DNA from: Prasinococcaceae sp. CCMP 1430
Taxonomy: Eukaryota > Plantae > Prasinodermophyta
Reading direction: 5' to 3'
DNA length: 64,000 nt
Assembly: GCA_013416795.1 (NCBI GenBank)
Contig: RQSC01000023.1
Coordinates: forward strand, 193,458 to 257,457
The translations under genes and the position numbers were made by a program. The notes under the pieces were generated by a model. That model was not told the origin of the DNA. It made no database searches and worked only from the letters and a program-made list of their open reading frames with translations. Below, one piece after another: positions 32,989 to 42,980 of this stretch. Within the stretch, counting starts at the first letter, position 1. Each line of letters opens with the position of its first letter.

Positions 32989-33866
32989 GCGTGGAGGCGC
33001 CCGCGCCCGGCAGTTTCACTGTATTCGCGCCGGCGGCTGGCAAATTGCTTCCGCGCGCCAAAAAAAGCACGCGCGCCGCGGCCGCCGGGGTGACGATGCG
33101 CAGGAGATCATCGACGACGGCTACGACCAGCTCGACACGCTCTCGGCCAAGTCACAGAAGAACGTGCAGCTGCAGACGGACTCGCTGCTGCGGTCCCTGT
33201 CGGTCGAGCACGACGCGCTCGAGGCCAAGATCAGGCTCGGGCGGGAGAGAATCAACGAGCAGAAGAAGAGATATGTGCGTGCGCGGCACGGAAGCGCGGC
33301 ATGCGCGCCCATGCTCCCGGCGAGCGAGCGCACAAGAGGGGGAGGGGATGAGGCTCTCTGGGCACCTGCGCGGCGGGCGTGGCGAGCGCACTGCCGAGCG
33401 AGTCACTGCAGACGCGGACCTCTCACGTCACGCGCATGCTTCTCCTTCACATTCGCTGACGCTTTGTGTGCACGCGCCCCCGCAGGCCGAGGTTGCAAGG
33501 GACATAGACGACGGCAGGAACGCCCACCTCTTCTTCAAGAACAACGCGCTAGGTGCGTCCGCCGCGGGAGGCGCTCGCGCGCGGATCCGCGTGCGCGCGC
33601 CCACGCACGCACGCGTACGCACGCACGCATGCGCGCGCGCGCATGTGCACGCGCGCGCGCGCGAAGCTCGTGCTGACGTGCGCCCCACCCCTCTCCGCGC
33701 GCGCGCAGGATCGGACGCGCCGCGCACGACGACGAGCGGCCGGAAGCGGCGCGCCCCGCGCACGTACAACCAGGCGCGCGAGGAGGACGCCGGCGCCACG
33801 GGCCGGATGCTCGCGGCGTGCCTGATGGCATTCACGTCGGTGTACCTCTCCCTCATCGGGCCGTGA
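32987..33866 (+). CDS. Small coiled-coil protein with C-terminal hydrophobic anchor (3 exons; start uncertain)
   Basis: GT-AG introns 33275-33485 and 33553-33708 keep frame: DDAQEIIDDGYDQLDTL...KKRY|AEVARDIDDGRNAHLFFKNNAL|G...MLAACLMAFTSVYLSLIGP*. Confidence 0.65.
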
Positions 33867-34428
33867 GGGACGGCACACGAACGCACGCGCGCGCGCGCGC
33901 ACGCGCACACGCAGTTTGTGTGTGCGTGTGTGTGTTTGAGGCCTCCCACTACGGGGCAGCCACGCTGCGGTGCTCTCGCTCGGGCCGCGTGTACGCTCCC
34001 TCCTCCCCCCCACCCACCCACCCACCCACGCCCGCATGTACATAGCCGCAGCGCGCGGATGGGGGGGGGATGGCGCTCGATTCTCGCCCCGCCCGCCTGC
34101 CGCCTGCTGCGCGCGCCATTCGCTCCCCGCTCCGCTGCCGCCTCCCACGCGCGCGCGCGCGCGCGCGCCGAGGGAGGGGGCGCCCGCGGTGCCGGGCCCA
34201 CGGTGTAAAAATAGGCGCATGCTTGCTTGCACACACCCGCTGCGCGTGCTCGATACGCGCCTATCTGCGTCTGTGTCGGTAGACAGATGGTGTTCTCATA
34301 CGCAAAAGTGTGGTAGGAGTCGGGAGGGGGTGCTGCTGGTTGCGGGAGGGGTGAGCACACGCACGCACACACACGCACGTGCGTCCGCGCACGCGCTGAG
34401 CCTCGTCGGAAGTGGGGCGCCTCGACCC

Positions 34429-35868
34429 TCACTTTCTCCCCCAGCCAGCCGCGGAGAGCGTCGCTTTCGCCGCCCGCTTGGGCGCCACGCCGGTCGCCTT
34501 GAGCATGTCGCCGGCCTCGCGGTGGAGCTTGAAGCGCTTGCCGCTGTACTTGTCGCCGGGGGCCTGCGCGGCCGCGCGCGCGGGCGGCCGCGCGCGAGCC
34601 ACGCGTCAGTCGGGCCGGCGCGAGCGCGGCCGCGTCGCGAACGGCGATGCCCTCTCTCGCGCGCGTGCGTGCGAGACACGTGCGGCGTGCATGCATGGGG
34701 TCGCGTGTGTGCTCGTTCGTGTGTTGTGCCTCCGGGTGCACTGTGTGCGCGTGCGTGTGTTGGCGAGTGTGGGCGCGCCTCACCTGTTCGAGGAAGGCGT
34801 CGAGGTGCGCCGCGGCGGCCGCCTTGTCGCCCATGCCGATGAGCACGCGCCCCAGCTCCATGCGCGGCAGCGGGATGTGCGGGTGCATCTCGAGCTGCTT
34901 TTTGTGGGCCGCGGCGGCCTCCTCGTACGAGTAGTGCGGCATCTTCCCGAAGACGGTTCGCACGACGAACTTGTGCACGCTCGGCAGGCTGGCGAGGCCG
35001 TGGTGCCACTTGCCGAGCACCATCAGGCAGGTGTACGTCGTGAAGAACTCGTCGCCGACCGGCGGGTCGCCGAACTTCTCGCGGCAGAGCTCCAGGCAGG
35101 TGTCGCAGTGCTCGCGGATGCGCCGTGCGAGCTTGACGCGCGCCTGAATGCCCGTGCCGGGGATCTCCTGCACACGCCCGGCGCCGATCGCCACTGCAAT
35201 CAACATGGCGCGCGCGCGCGTGTGCGCGTGATTGTGAGCGATCGCGCGCGCGCGCTTGCGCGCAAGTGTCTGCTGCGCGCGGCAAGACCCCACATGCACG
35301 CGCACGCGCACACGAACATGCACACACGCGCGCAAACACACGCATTGTTGCGCGCGCGCTGGCATTGCATCGCGTGCGCACCTGCCAGGTGTGCCTCGGG
35401 CGAGCGCGGCGCGGCGTCGGTGGCGCGCTCGGCGAGCGCGAGCGCCTCCTTCGCGGCATCTGCGTCGCCGCGCTCGTCGGCGAGGTCCGCCGCCAGTCTC
35501 GCGCGCACCCACAGCCAGTCGCCGTCGGCATCGACGCGCTCGCCGGCGTCGCGCGCGGCGGCGACGGCGCGCACGGCGGCGTCGAACGAGCCCTCCGTGC
35601 GGAGCTCGTGCGTGCGCATCCACGGCCGCGGGTCGCTCTCAACACGGCCCTCAACAGCCTCCGCCGCGCCCTCAGCAGCAGCCTTGGCCTCTGCAGCGGG
35701 TGCAGGCGCGCGTGTCGAGGAGGTGCCGCCGCCGCTGCTGTTGAGCGACAGCGAGCGCAGCGAGGACGCCGCGTCGTAGTACACGCTGCCGCTGCCGGAG
35801 GTGACCGTCGCCGCCGCGCCGACACCGGCCACCGCCGCCGGCGGCGGGTCCCCCTCGCCGCCGCCCAT
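34429..35868 (-). CDS. Regulator of microtubule dynamics (RMDN/FAM82)-like TPR protein (3 exons)
   Basis: WLWVRAR, ALALAERA..APRSPEAHL, RIREHCD..LEL, LGKWHHGLASL...FGKMP..SYEEA pattern; introns approx. 35194-35381 and 34564-34783; N-terminal FFAT-like VYYDAAS. Confidence 0.72.
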
Positions 35869-36023
35869 GATGGCGGCGCTCGCGCCGCGCTGGGGCGGAG
35901 GTGGTGGTGGGTCTGGGACCCCTTTCTGGCGCGGCGCCCGCGCTCGCGCTGGCACTGCGCCCGCGAGCGCGCGCGCGCGAAAACAAGCAGCGGCGGCGCG
36001 AGCGCGCGCATAATGTGTGTGCG

Positions 36024-36026
<3 letters not shown>

Positions 36027-36109
<83 letters not shown>
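36027..36109. repeat. (GT)n/(AC)n microsatellite running into an N gap
   Basis: About 40 uninterrupted TG units visible. Confidence 0.97.
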
Positions 36110-36429
36110 NNNNNNNNNNNNNNNNNNNNNNNNNNNNNNNNNNNNNNNNNNNNNNNNNNNNNNNNNNNNNNNNNNNNNNNNNNNNNNNNNNNNNNNNNNN
36201 NNNNNNNNNNNNNNNNNNNNNNNNNNNNNNNNNNNNNNNNNNNNNNNNNNNNNNNNNNNNNNNNNNNNNNNNNNNNNNGGCGGCGCGCCGTGCCGCGCCG
36301 CGGCGCGCACGTTGGGGTGGCCACGCCGCCACACGATCGGCGCCGCGCGCGGAAAAATGACGCACACAAAAAAATTTCCAGCAGCAGAAAGGTCCTTCCG
36401 AGCTGTAGGTACCAGGTACTGAAGACTAG

Positions 36430-36505
36430 ACTAGACTAGTCTAGTGACTGCTAGAGTGTGGACTACCTTGATGGTACCATCATGTTGGTACCTAGCTAGG
36501 TACCA
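36430..36505. repeat. Cluster of three perfect DNA palindromes
   Basis: ACTAGACTAGTCTAGT (36430-36445), TGATGGTACCATCA (36469-36482), TGGTACCTAGCTAGGTACCA (36486-36505). Confidence 0.9.
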
Positions 36506-37268
36506 TCTACGGCACCACCACGCACCCTGTGCAGTTGAGGCTGCTTTTTGGTGACTTGGTCTATGGTTGATGACTCTTTGAGAATCCCCATGACGCCACG
36601 CCGCAGGCTGGGAGCGAAGGGCAGCCGCATGTGTGCCATCGACTGTCGATGCGACCCGAGGGTTCGCACAGCGTTTGCCGCCGCAAACACGAGCAACATA
36701 GTGTGGCGCACACCCGAGAGGGGCGGCGCGGGAGGCTCCCTCTCAACCGTGGGACAGAGTGCGAATACGGAGGTCCCAGGTCGCTCTTCTCGTTGACAGC
36801 GCGCGTGTGGGGGTCCGTGCGTGCGTGCGTGCATGCGTGCGTGCGCGTGCGAGTGAGCGAGCTGGCATGCGCCCGCAAGAGCGTGCCGGCCACCGTCTCC
36901 TCGTGCGGGCAGCACCCGTCCGGTGCCGCAGCAGCACGCGTGCCTACCAATGTTTCCCGCACCACGCTTCCTCGGTCATTTCTCTGTTCATCTGCCTCTG
37001 GACAATCGGCCTTCGTCACGTGCCCTGGCCGGAGCCCCTGCTCGAAACGGGTGCAAGAGGCGTATGGTGAACTCTCGGATATAAAATCACGTCAAACATG
37101 GGCACGGTTGCCTACATGCCACAGTCGCTACGTTGGTCCGTGGCGCGAGCAGGGCGCAGTGGAGCACTCGACCACAGCGCTCACGCCGCGGCGCCACACG
37201 GGGCGCCCGCCCGCCCGCCCGCCCGCCTGCCCGCCCGCTCGCCCCTCGCCTGCCCCATGCCCAAGGCN

Positions 37269-40200
37269 GGGCTCGCGCGCGCGGCCGAGTCGGTGCACGC
37301 GGCTGTCTTCACGGCGGGCATCGACCGCGGGCCGGTGGCCTACATGGGCCGTGCCGCCATGGACCGGGGCAACAAGATGCCCGTGGTCGGCGTGGTGCCC
37401 ATGTCACGCGCCACGTGGCCGGGCGACCCGAGGCCAAACCACGGGGCAAAAGGCCGCGAGCTGCGCCTCGGCGTGCACCCAGGCCACTCGCACGTGGTTA
37501 TGGCCGCCACGGACGACGAGGTGGGGGCACGGCAGCTGCGTTTTCGCGTGATTGAGGCCGTGCTCGCCCGCAACGCGCGTGGCGCGGGTCCACTGCCTGT
37601 GGTGGGTGTGCTTGTGAGCGGTGCCGAGGCCGCCATCGAGGAGACTCTTGCGTGCGTGAGGCGTGGGTGGCCGCTGGTGATCGTGAAGGGAACGGGTGGC
37701 GCAGCGGACGCCATTGCTTGGGCCTCGCAGAAGGAGAACGCCAACCACTTCGTGCCCAATCCCAAGGTGAGAGCAACGAACGCACCCGCGCGCAATTTGC
37801 GCGCGATCCTGCACGCGTGCACGCGAGCGCGCAGCGCTCGCTCGCTCGTGCGCCGTGCTCGCCCGATCCAGCCCACTGACAGCCGTCGCCGAACCCCCGC
37901 CCTCAAAAATGCCCTCCCATCTCATTCTCCGTGCGCCCGCACTCGCACCTGCAACCCGCGCGTGCATGCCTCCGTCAGCTCATGGAGATCGTTCGATCGG
38001 CAGTGATTGAAGTGATCAGCATAGCCGACGCCGACGGCAAGATTTTACAGGCGATGCTGGAGCGGTTATTCAAGACCATGCTGGCCAGGGGGGCGGGACC
38101 GGGGAAGGAAGACAAGGACGAGAAGTTGGGGGGTGACCAAAAGAGAGCAAAGGGCGTGAGAGCGGCGCTCATGGGCGACGGCGATGGCGATGATGGGCGC
38201 GTGCGGCTCCCACCCGTAGAGGACGCCACCGGCGCGTCCGTGATGGTCCATCAGGCCATCGCTATCTTCGAGAGCAACTCAGCGAGACTCGGAAAGATCT
38301 ATTGGTACATGTACGCGTCTATCCAGCTCCTCGCCGTGTTTATCGTGGTGCTTGTATCGGTGCGCAACGACTCGGTGTACGCGCGCGTGTCCGCACATGA
38401 CGCCGACACCATGGACCACATAATCTTCTTCACCCCCATCGCCAACACAATTCTGGTGTCCATCAACCAAAAGTTCCAGTATGGGCTGAAGGCAAAAATC
38501 CTCACGGCGGCAGCCCAGGCCATGCGCAAGGAACTTTACACCTATCGCTCGCGCGTCGAGGCCTTCGTGGCAGCGCAGAAATGCGATGCCATCCTGGCGG
38601 AGCGTTATCAGATTATCACCGATCGTCTGCAAAGCACGCTCGTCGGCGAGGTTGCTCTCGACCGCTCGGTCCTCACGGCATTGCGCAACACAGACTACCG
38701 CGTGAGCGAGGATGATGACGGCTTCAGCGTGCTGGCACCGGACTCGTACATCAAGATGCGCGCGGAGCCCGCCATGCTCACGTACCAGACGAGCGCGAAC
38801 ATGATGGACAGTGCAAGCAAGGCCATGTCCATTCTAGTGATCCTCATGTCAGCGTCGGGTACGGCGTTCGCGATCTTCGGCCTGAATATCTACATTGCCG
38901 TCACGACGGCAGTGTCGAGCGCGCTGCTCACGCTCACCGAGTCTCTTGGTTACGAGCCCAAGATCATTGCCGCTAACCGCGCCAGCGGAAAGATGCTCGA
39001 GGTGATTGGCTGGTGGCGCTCGCGCACGGCCATCGAGCAGGCCAACCCGCAGAAGTTCTCTAAGCTCGTGCGCGTGTGCGAACGCGCGATGTCCAACCAG
39101 CGGCGCTCAACGAACCCAGGCGCGCCCATGGTCGAGACGGAGGGCACGAATGGTGAGCTGAACTTCAACTTGGACGAGTTCATGGCAGATGTGAGCTCGA
39201 ACACGTCCGAGGGTAGTGTCGCCTGGGGCAAGGTGTGGATGGGCAAATATCCCGAGTTCTTTGAGATCTACATCGCCTGGTTGTGCAACACGCACAACAT
39301 GAAGCTCTACGATGGAGACGGCGACCCCATGGTGGCGTCCACGGTCACCGGGGTGGCATCCTCGATGGTCATGTCCAAGAAGATGGCGTCCTCGATGCGC
39401 GGCGCGCCGAACGTTGGTGGCTTTGCGACCTCCCCCGCGCCGTCGCCGCCACTCATGGCCTCGCTTCCGCCATCGCCGCCATTCTACGACTCGGGCGATG
39501 AAGCGGACATGGGGTCAAATGCGTGCGCATCGCACGCTCACGCGCGCGCGCTCGCGCTGATGCCGCAGCCCGCTACGCCTCCCTCGCTCGCGTCCTTCGC
39601 GAGTCCTCCGCCCTCGGCGCCGCCATCGGACATCGACCCCTCCGAGAATGCGGAATACGTGGCCATCACGGACTACGGGACCATGGTCCCGCCGCTGCCC
39701 GTCGACACGTTTTTTGCAGATGTGCCGTCTTACGTGGGCGAGACGGAGAAAGTGGAGAGAATCGTATGGGACCCCACCCTCTTCGGCGCGCGTGCCAGCT
39801 TCGTCGTGGAACCCGACCCGGGCACGCATCCCGATGAGGTGGAGAGAATGCTGAAACTGTCATCCTACATCTCGGAGCACCAGCACACGAATGCGGGCGT
39901 GCACGGCCTAATCAAGGTCATCGGGGCCTCGTCGGCGCTCGACGACTTCGTCGCTGGCGAGCTGCCAGGCCAGCGCCTGCCCGACGGGATCTCGCCGGAG
40001 GAAACCATCGCGCGGCCGCAGCTGGCGAGGGCGCCGGCCGCGCCGGCGAGACGCTCGCAAACTTGGACGCGCTCCTCGGCAGCAGGGACGCTGCAGTGGC
40101 CGCCGAGGCGGCGGGCGCGCCTGACGATGACCAGGAATCCCAAGGCGCCGCGGCAGCAGTGCGGGCGCCGTTGCGGCTGTCGGGGGGCGCGTACCCCGCG

Positions 40201-40300
40201 CTGGCGCTGCGGCTGCCGCAGCGGGCGACAGCGGCGCAGCGGGAGCGCGGCGAGGCGGGCGTCACGCTGGACCTGGTGCTCGATACCGCCTCGTCGGTAA
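37269..40300 (+). CDS. SLOG (LSDAT/TRPM-N-like) + two SLATT (DUF4231/SLATT_1-type) membrane effector; 5' end at single-n gap, 3' end uncertain
   Basis: GLARAA..AAVFTAGIDRGPVAYMG, VVGVVP, HPGHSHVV, VVGVLVSG, RRGWPLVIVKGTGGAADAIA (SLOG); phase-0 intron 37767-37978; two hydrophobic hairpins each followed by AAAQAMRKELYTYR and IGWWRS..EQA; DDDGFSVLAPDSYIKMR linker. Confidence 0.8.
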
Positions 40301-41241
40301 ACACGATCAACGCGCAGGTCGCGCAGGAGCTCACGCTAGAGACGGTCGGCGAGCAGCCGTCGGGAGTCAGCGCGGCCGGCGCACTGCCCTCCGCGCCCAT
40401 TTTTCTCCTCGGCGATGTGGAGCTTGGCGACTTGCCGAAGGAGGAGCGCGGCGGATTGTTCATGCGCGCGCTCGAGGCAGCCGCGCTGCCTATTGCGACG
40501 CCCGCGGCAGCGGGCGTGCTTGGCACGCCCTTCTTCGCGTGCTTCGAGGGCGTGGAGCTCGACTTTGGCTCAGCCCCCCTGGGCCCAGCTGGCGCCACCG
40601 CGACTACGAGCGCCACGCGCGCCGCACTCGTCGACGAGGCGGACGCGCCGCGGCCCGCGTCAGTGACTTTCTTCGCGCCAGACACGCAGCTGCCGGACGG
40701 TGTTGTGGCCGGCACGCGCCGAATCCCAATTGAGTCGCTGCCGGAGAGCGGCCTGCCCACCGTGCAGCTCATGGTCGAGGGCAGCAGTGCGACGGTTCCG
40801 GCGCTTCTTGACACAGGCTCGCCTGTGACCATCCTCAACAACCGCGCCGCAGAGGCGCTGGGCCTTGCCGTGAGCGGCGGTGACGCAGCCAGCGGCAATT
40901 TCCTCGCGCGCGCGGCCGCTAAGCTGCGCGCCGACCCTGCCGACACTCTCTTCATCGCCGGTGCGGACGGCAAGCCGGTGACCCTGCGGCGCACTGCGGA
41001 GGAGGCGACGCTCGCGCTGGCCACGGCCGCCTCTGAGGCGGGAGGTGGAGTCGCTGGCAGCGCCGCATCACTGGGCCGGACGAAGGTGTACGTGGGCGAG
41101 ATCCCGGGGTTGGCGGCCCTCGGCGGACTGGGTGCAAGCGCCGGGCCAGCGGCGATACTGGGCATGGATGCGCTGCGGCCACGCGGGAGGCTCATCTACC
41201 GCGCGCGCGCGAAAGAGCTGCTCATCCCGCAGGCGACGTAA
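40063..41241 (+). CDS. Two-lobed retropepsin-like aspartyl protease (5' end missing)
   Basis: LVLDTASS..IN..VA..L with GVLG, and ALLDTGSPVTILN..AAEALGL with ILGMD; no in-frame ATG upstream. Confidence 0.8.
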   Translation: MDALLGSRDAAVAAEAAGAPDDDQESQGAAAAVRAPLRLSGGAYPALALRLPQRATAAQRERGEAGVTLDLVLDTASSVNTINAQVAQELTLETVGEQPSGVSAAGALPSAPIFLLGDVELGDLPKEERGGLFMRALEAAALPIATPAAAGVLGTPFFACFEGVELDFGSAPLGPAGATATTSATRAALVDEADAPRPASVTFFAPDTQLPDGVVAGTRRIPIESLPESGLPTVQLMVEGSSATVPALLDTGSPVTILNNRAAEALGLAVSGGDAASGNFLARAAAKLRADPADTLFIAGADGKPVTLRRTAEEATLALATAASEAGGGVAGSAASLGRTKVYVGEIPGLAALGGLGASAGPAAILGMDALRPRGRLIYRARAKELLIPQAT

Positions 41242-41529
41242 AAAAAATCGAGGTCTCGACGGGCGTCACAGCGCGCGGGCCTGCGGGGGGCGCGCGCGCT
41301 GCGGCCCCATGGCCGCGCCGGCGCCCGCCTACCGCTTTTTTCGAATCGCCTTCGAAACGCACACGTCGAAACGCACGCCAAAAAAGAGGCGGCGGACCTC
41401 GCGCTGGCGGAGCACTGCGCGTCTGGCGGTGCGGACGCGGCGAGCCTGAGGGCGGCGCTCGATGCCGCAGGCGCACCTGGGGTCGAAGGAGCGCTCAATC
41501 GCGCGCTCGCCGCGCTTGGCGACGGCGGC

Positions 41530-42918
41530 ATGCCGCCGGAGGCTCCTGCTGACGCGCTCGACGCAATGTGCGCGGCGGCGGCGCGGCTGCGGCCTGAGGT
41601 CGCTGCGACCGCAGTCACTGCCCGCGCCGTGACTGCCTTGCATGCGCGTGAGCGCTCCGTGGTCGCCGCGGCGGCGCGCGCAGCTCGGGCGCTGCGCGCC
41701 GACGCCTGCACAGCCGGCACTATCCCGCCCGCTCTCTGCGCGCAGGCGACCCTCTGGGATGCGCACCTGGCCCTCGACTGCGGCGACCTTGAGGCAGTGC
41801 GCTGCGCCTTGTCCGAGGGTGGGGACACCGGGGCCGAACCTGACGCGGACCTCGCCGACGGCGCACGTAAGCTGCTTAGCGCGCGCGCATCTCTCGTACA
41901 GGGCGACGCCGACGGTGCGCTAAGCACTGTCGACGAGGTGGCTGCCCTTGCCGCGGCGCGGTGTCGCGACGAAGCGGCATCATTCGCGCCGCTGCTGCGG
42001 GTGGCCGCGCTCGGCGCCGGCGCGTGTGCGCTCGCGTCGACTGGAAGGCACGCGGCGGCCGCCGCGCGAGCGCGCTTCGCGCTGTCGCTCTGCGGCCGCG
42101 CTGAGGCAAGCGCAGCGAGAGCAGCGGCCGCACTGGGAGCTGCGGTGCCGCCGCCGCTGCTCACACGCGCGGCCCTGTCGCATACTCTAGGACTATGTTT
42201 ATTGCGCCTAGGCGACACGAGTGGTGCCGCACCTTGTCTGGAGTACGCTCTTGGTGCGAGCACGCGGATGGCTGGCGCACCACGGCCTGATACGCTCCTG
42301 CTGCTCGCGCAGTGCGACGTGGCAGCGCACTGCGAGCGTCGTGTCGACGCCGATACACGCGACAGGACTGATGAGGCCACCCGCGGAGGTTGCCTCGCGG
42401 TTGCTGAGAGGCGTTTGCAGGCGTGCGTGTTCGCCGTCGAGGCTGAGCAGCGCCGGGAGCCTGAGAGCTCCTCAAGCGTGCCTTCGCTTTGTCGAACCCG
42501 AGAAGAGGCTTTGCTATGGCTGGCGTTCGTGCGCCTGGAACAAGAGCACGCGGGTGGCGCTCTAGCGGCAGTATCGTCGGCGCTGGCGCCGTCGCCGTCG
42601 TTGCGAGCGCGCGCAATCGGCGCGTGCTACACGGCCGAGGCGCACTGCGCGCGCGGGGATCCGGTCGCCGCCCTGAGCGCGCTCCGTGATGCACAAGCTG
42701 CAGTGGTTGCCCGCGCAAAAGCAGACGCAACAGTGGAAGCCACGGCGGAGGTGCTGCCCGCTCCCGAGGCGGCCCGCCTCGCGCATGCGCTGGCTCGAGT
42801 CTCGCGCCACGAGGATGGAGCCCACGCTGGAGTGGGCGGTTCGCTGGCCGTGGGGGCCCTCGCGCGAGAGCTCGCCGCCATCCGTCGCTCTACGGCGACC
42901 CCGCAGCGCGCGCCGTGA
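41530..42918 (+). CDS. CNOT10: CCR4-NOT subunit 10-like TPR protein (true start probably upstream, frame open from at least 41386)
   Basis: LGLCLLRLG...AAPCL...LLLLAQCDVAA and LAFVRLEQ...AL...GACYTAEAHCARG..ALSAL resemble CNOT10 conserved blocks; strongly Ala-biased. Confidence 0.62.
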   Translation: MPPEAPADALDAMCAAAARLRPEVAATAVTARAVTALHARERSVVAAAARAARALRADACTAGTIPPALCAQATLWDAHLALDCGDLEAVRCALSEGGDTGAEPDADLADGARKLLSARASLVQGDADGALSTVDEVAALAAARCRDEAASFAPLLRVAALGAGACALASTGRHAAAAARARFALSLCGRAEASAARAAAALGAAVPPPLLTRAALSHTLGLCLLRLGDTSGAAPCLEYALGASTRMAGAPRPDTLLLLAQCDVAAHCERRVDADTRDRTDEATRGGCLAVAERRLQACVFAVEAEQRREPESSSSVPSLCRTREEALLWLAFVRLEQEHAGGALAAVSSALAPSPSLRARAIGACYTAEAHCARGDPVAALSALRDAQAAVVARAKADATVEATAEVLPAPEAARLAHALARVSRHEDGAHAGVGGSLAVGALARELAAIRRSTATPQRAP

Positions 42919-42980
42919 GGCAGAGTGTGTATATAACTGTATACTTGAGAACCCACGCACATGCCGGCGAAGCGTACTCG

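Noticed and set aside
34296-36439. ORFs with HTHTHT/VCVCVC runs and X stretches
   Set aside because: Translations of the (GT)n microsatellite and N gap
36548-37267. Possible 5' exons of the SLOG gene or a separate small gene
   Set aside because: No recognisable motif on either strand, and the single-n gap at 37268 breaks linkage
40063-41241. Aspartyl protease as LTR-retroelement protease
   Set aside because: Two lobes in one chain and no gag/pol context
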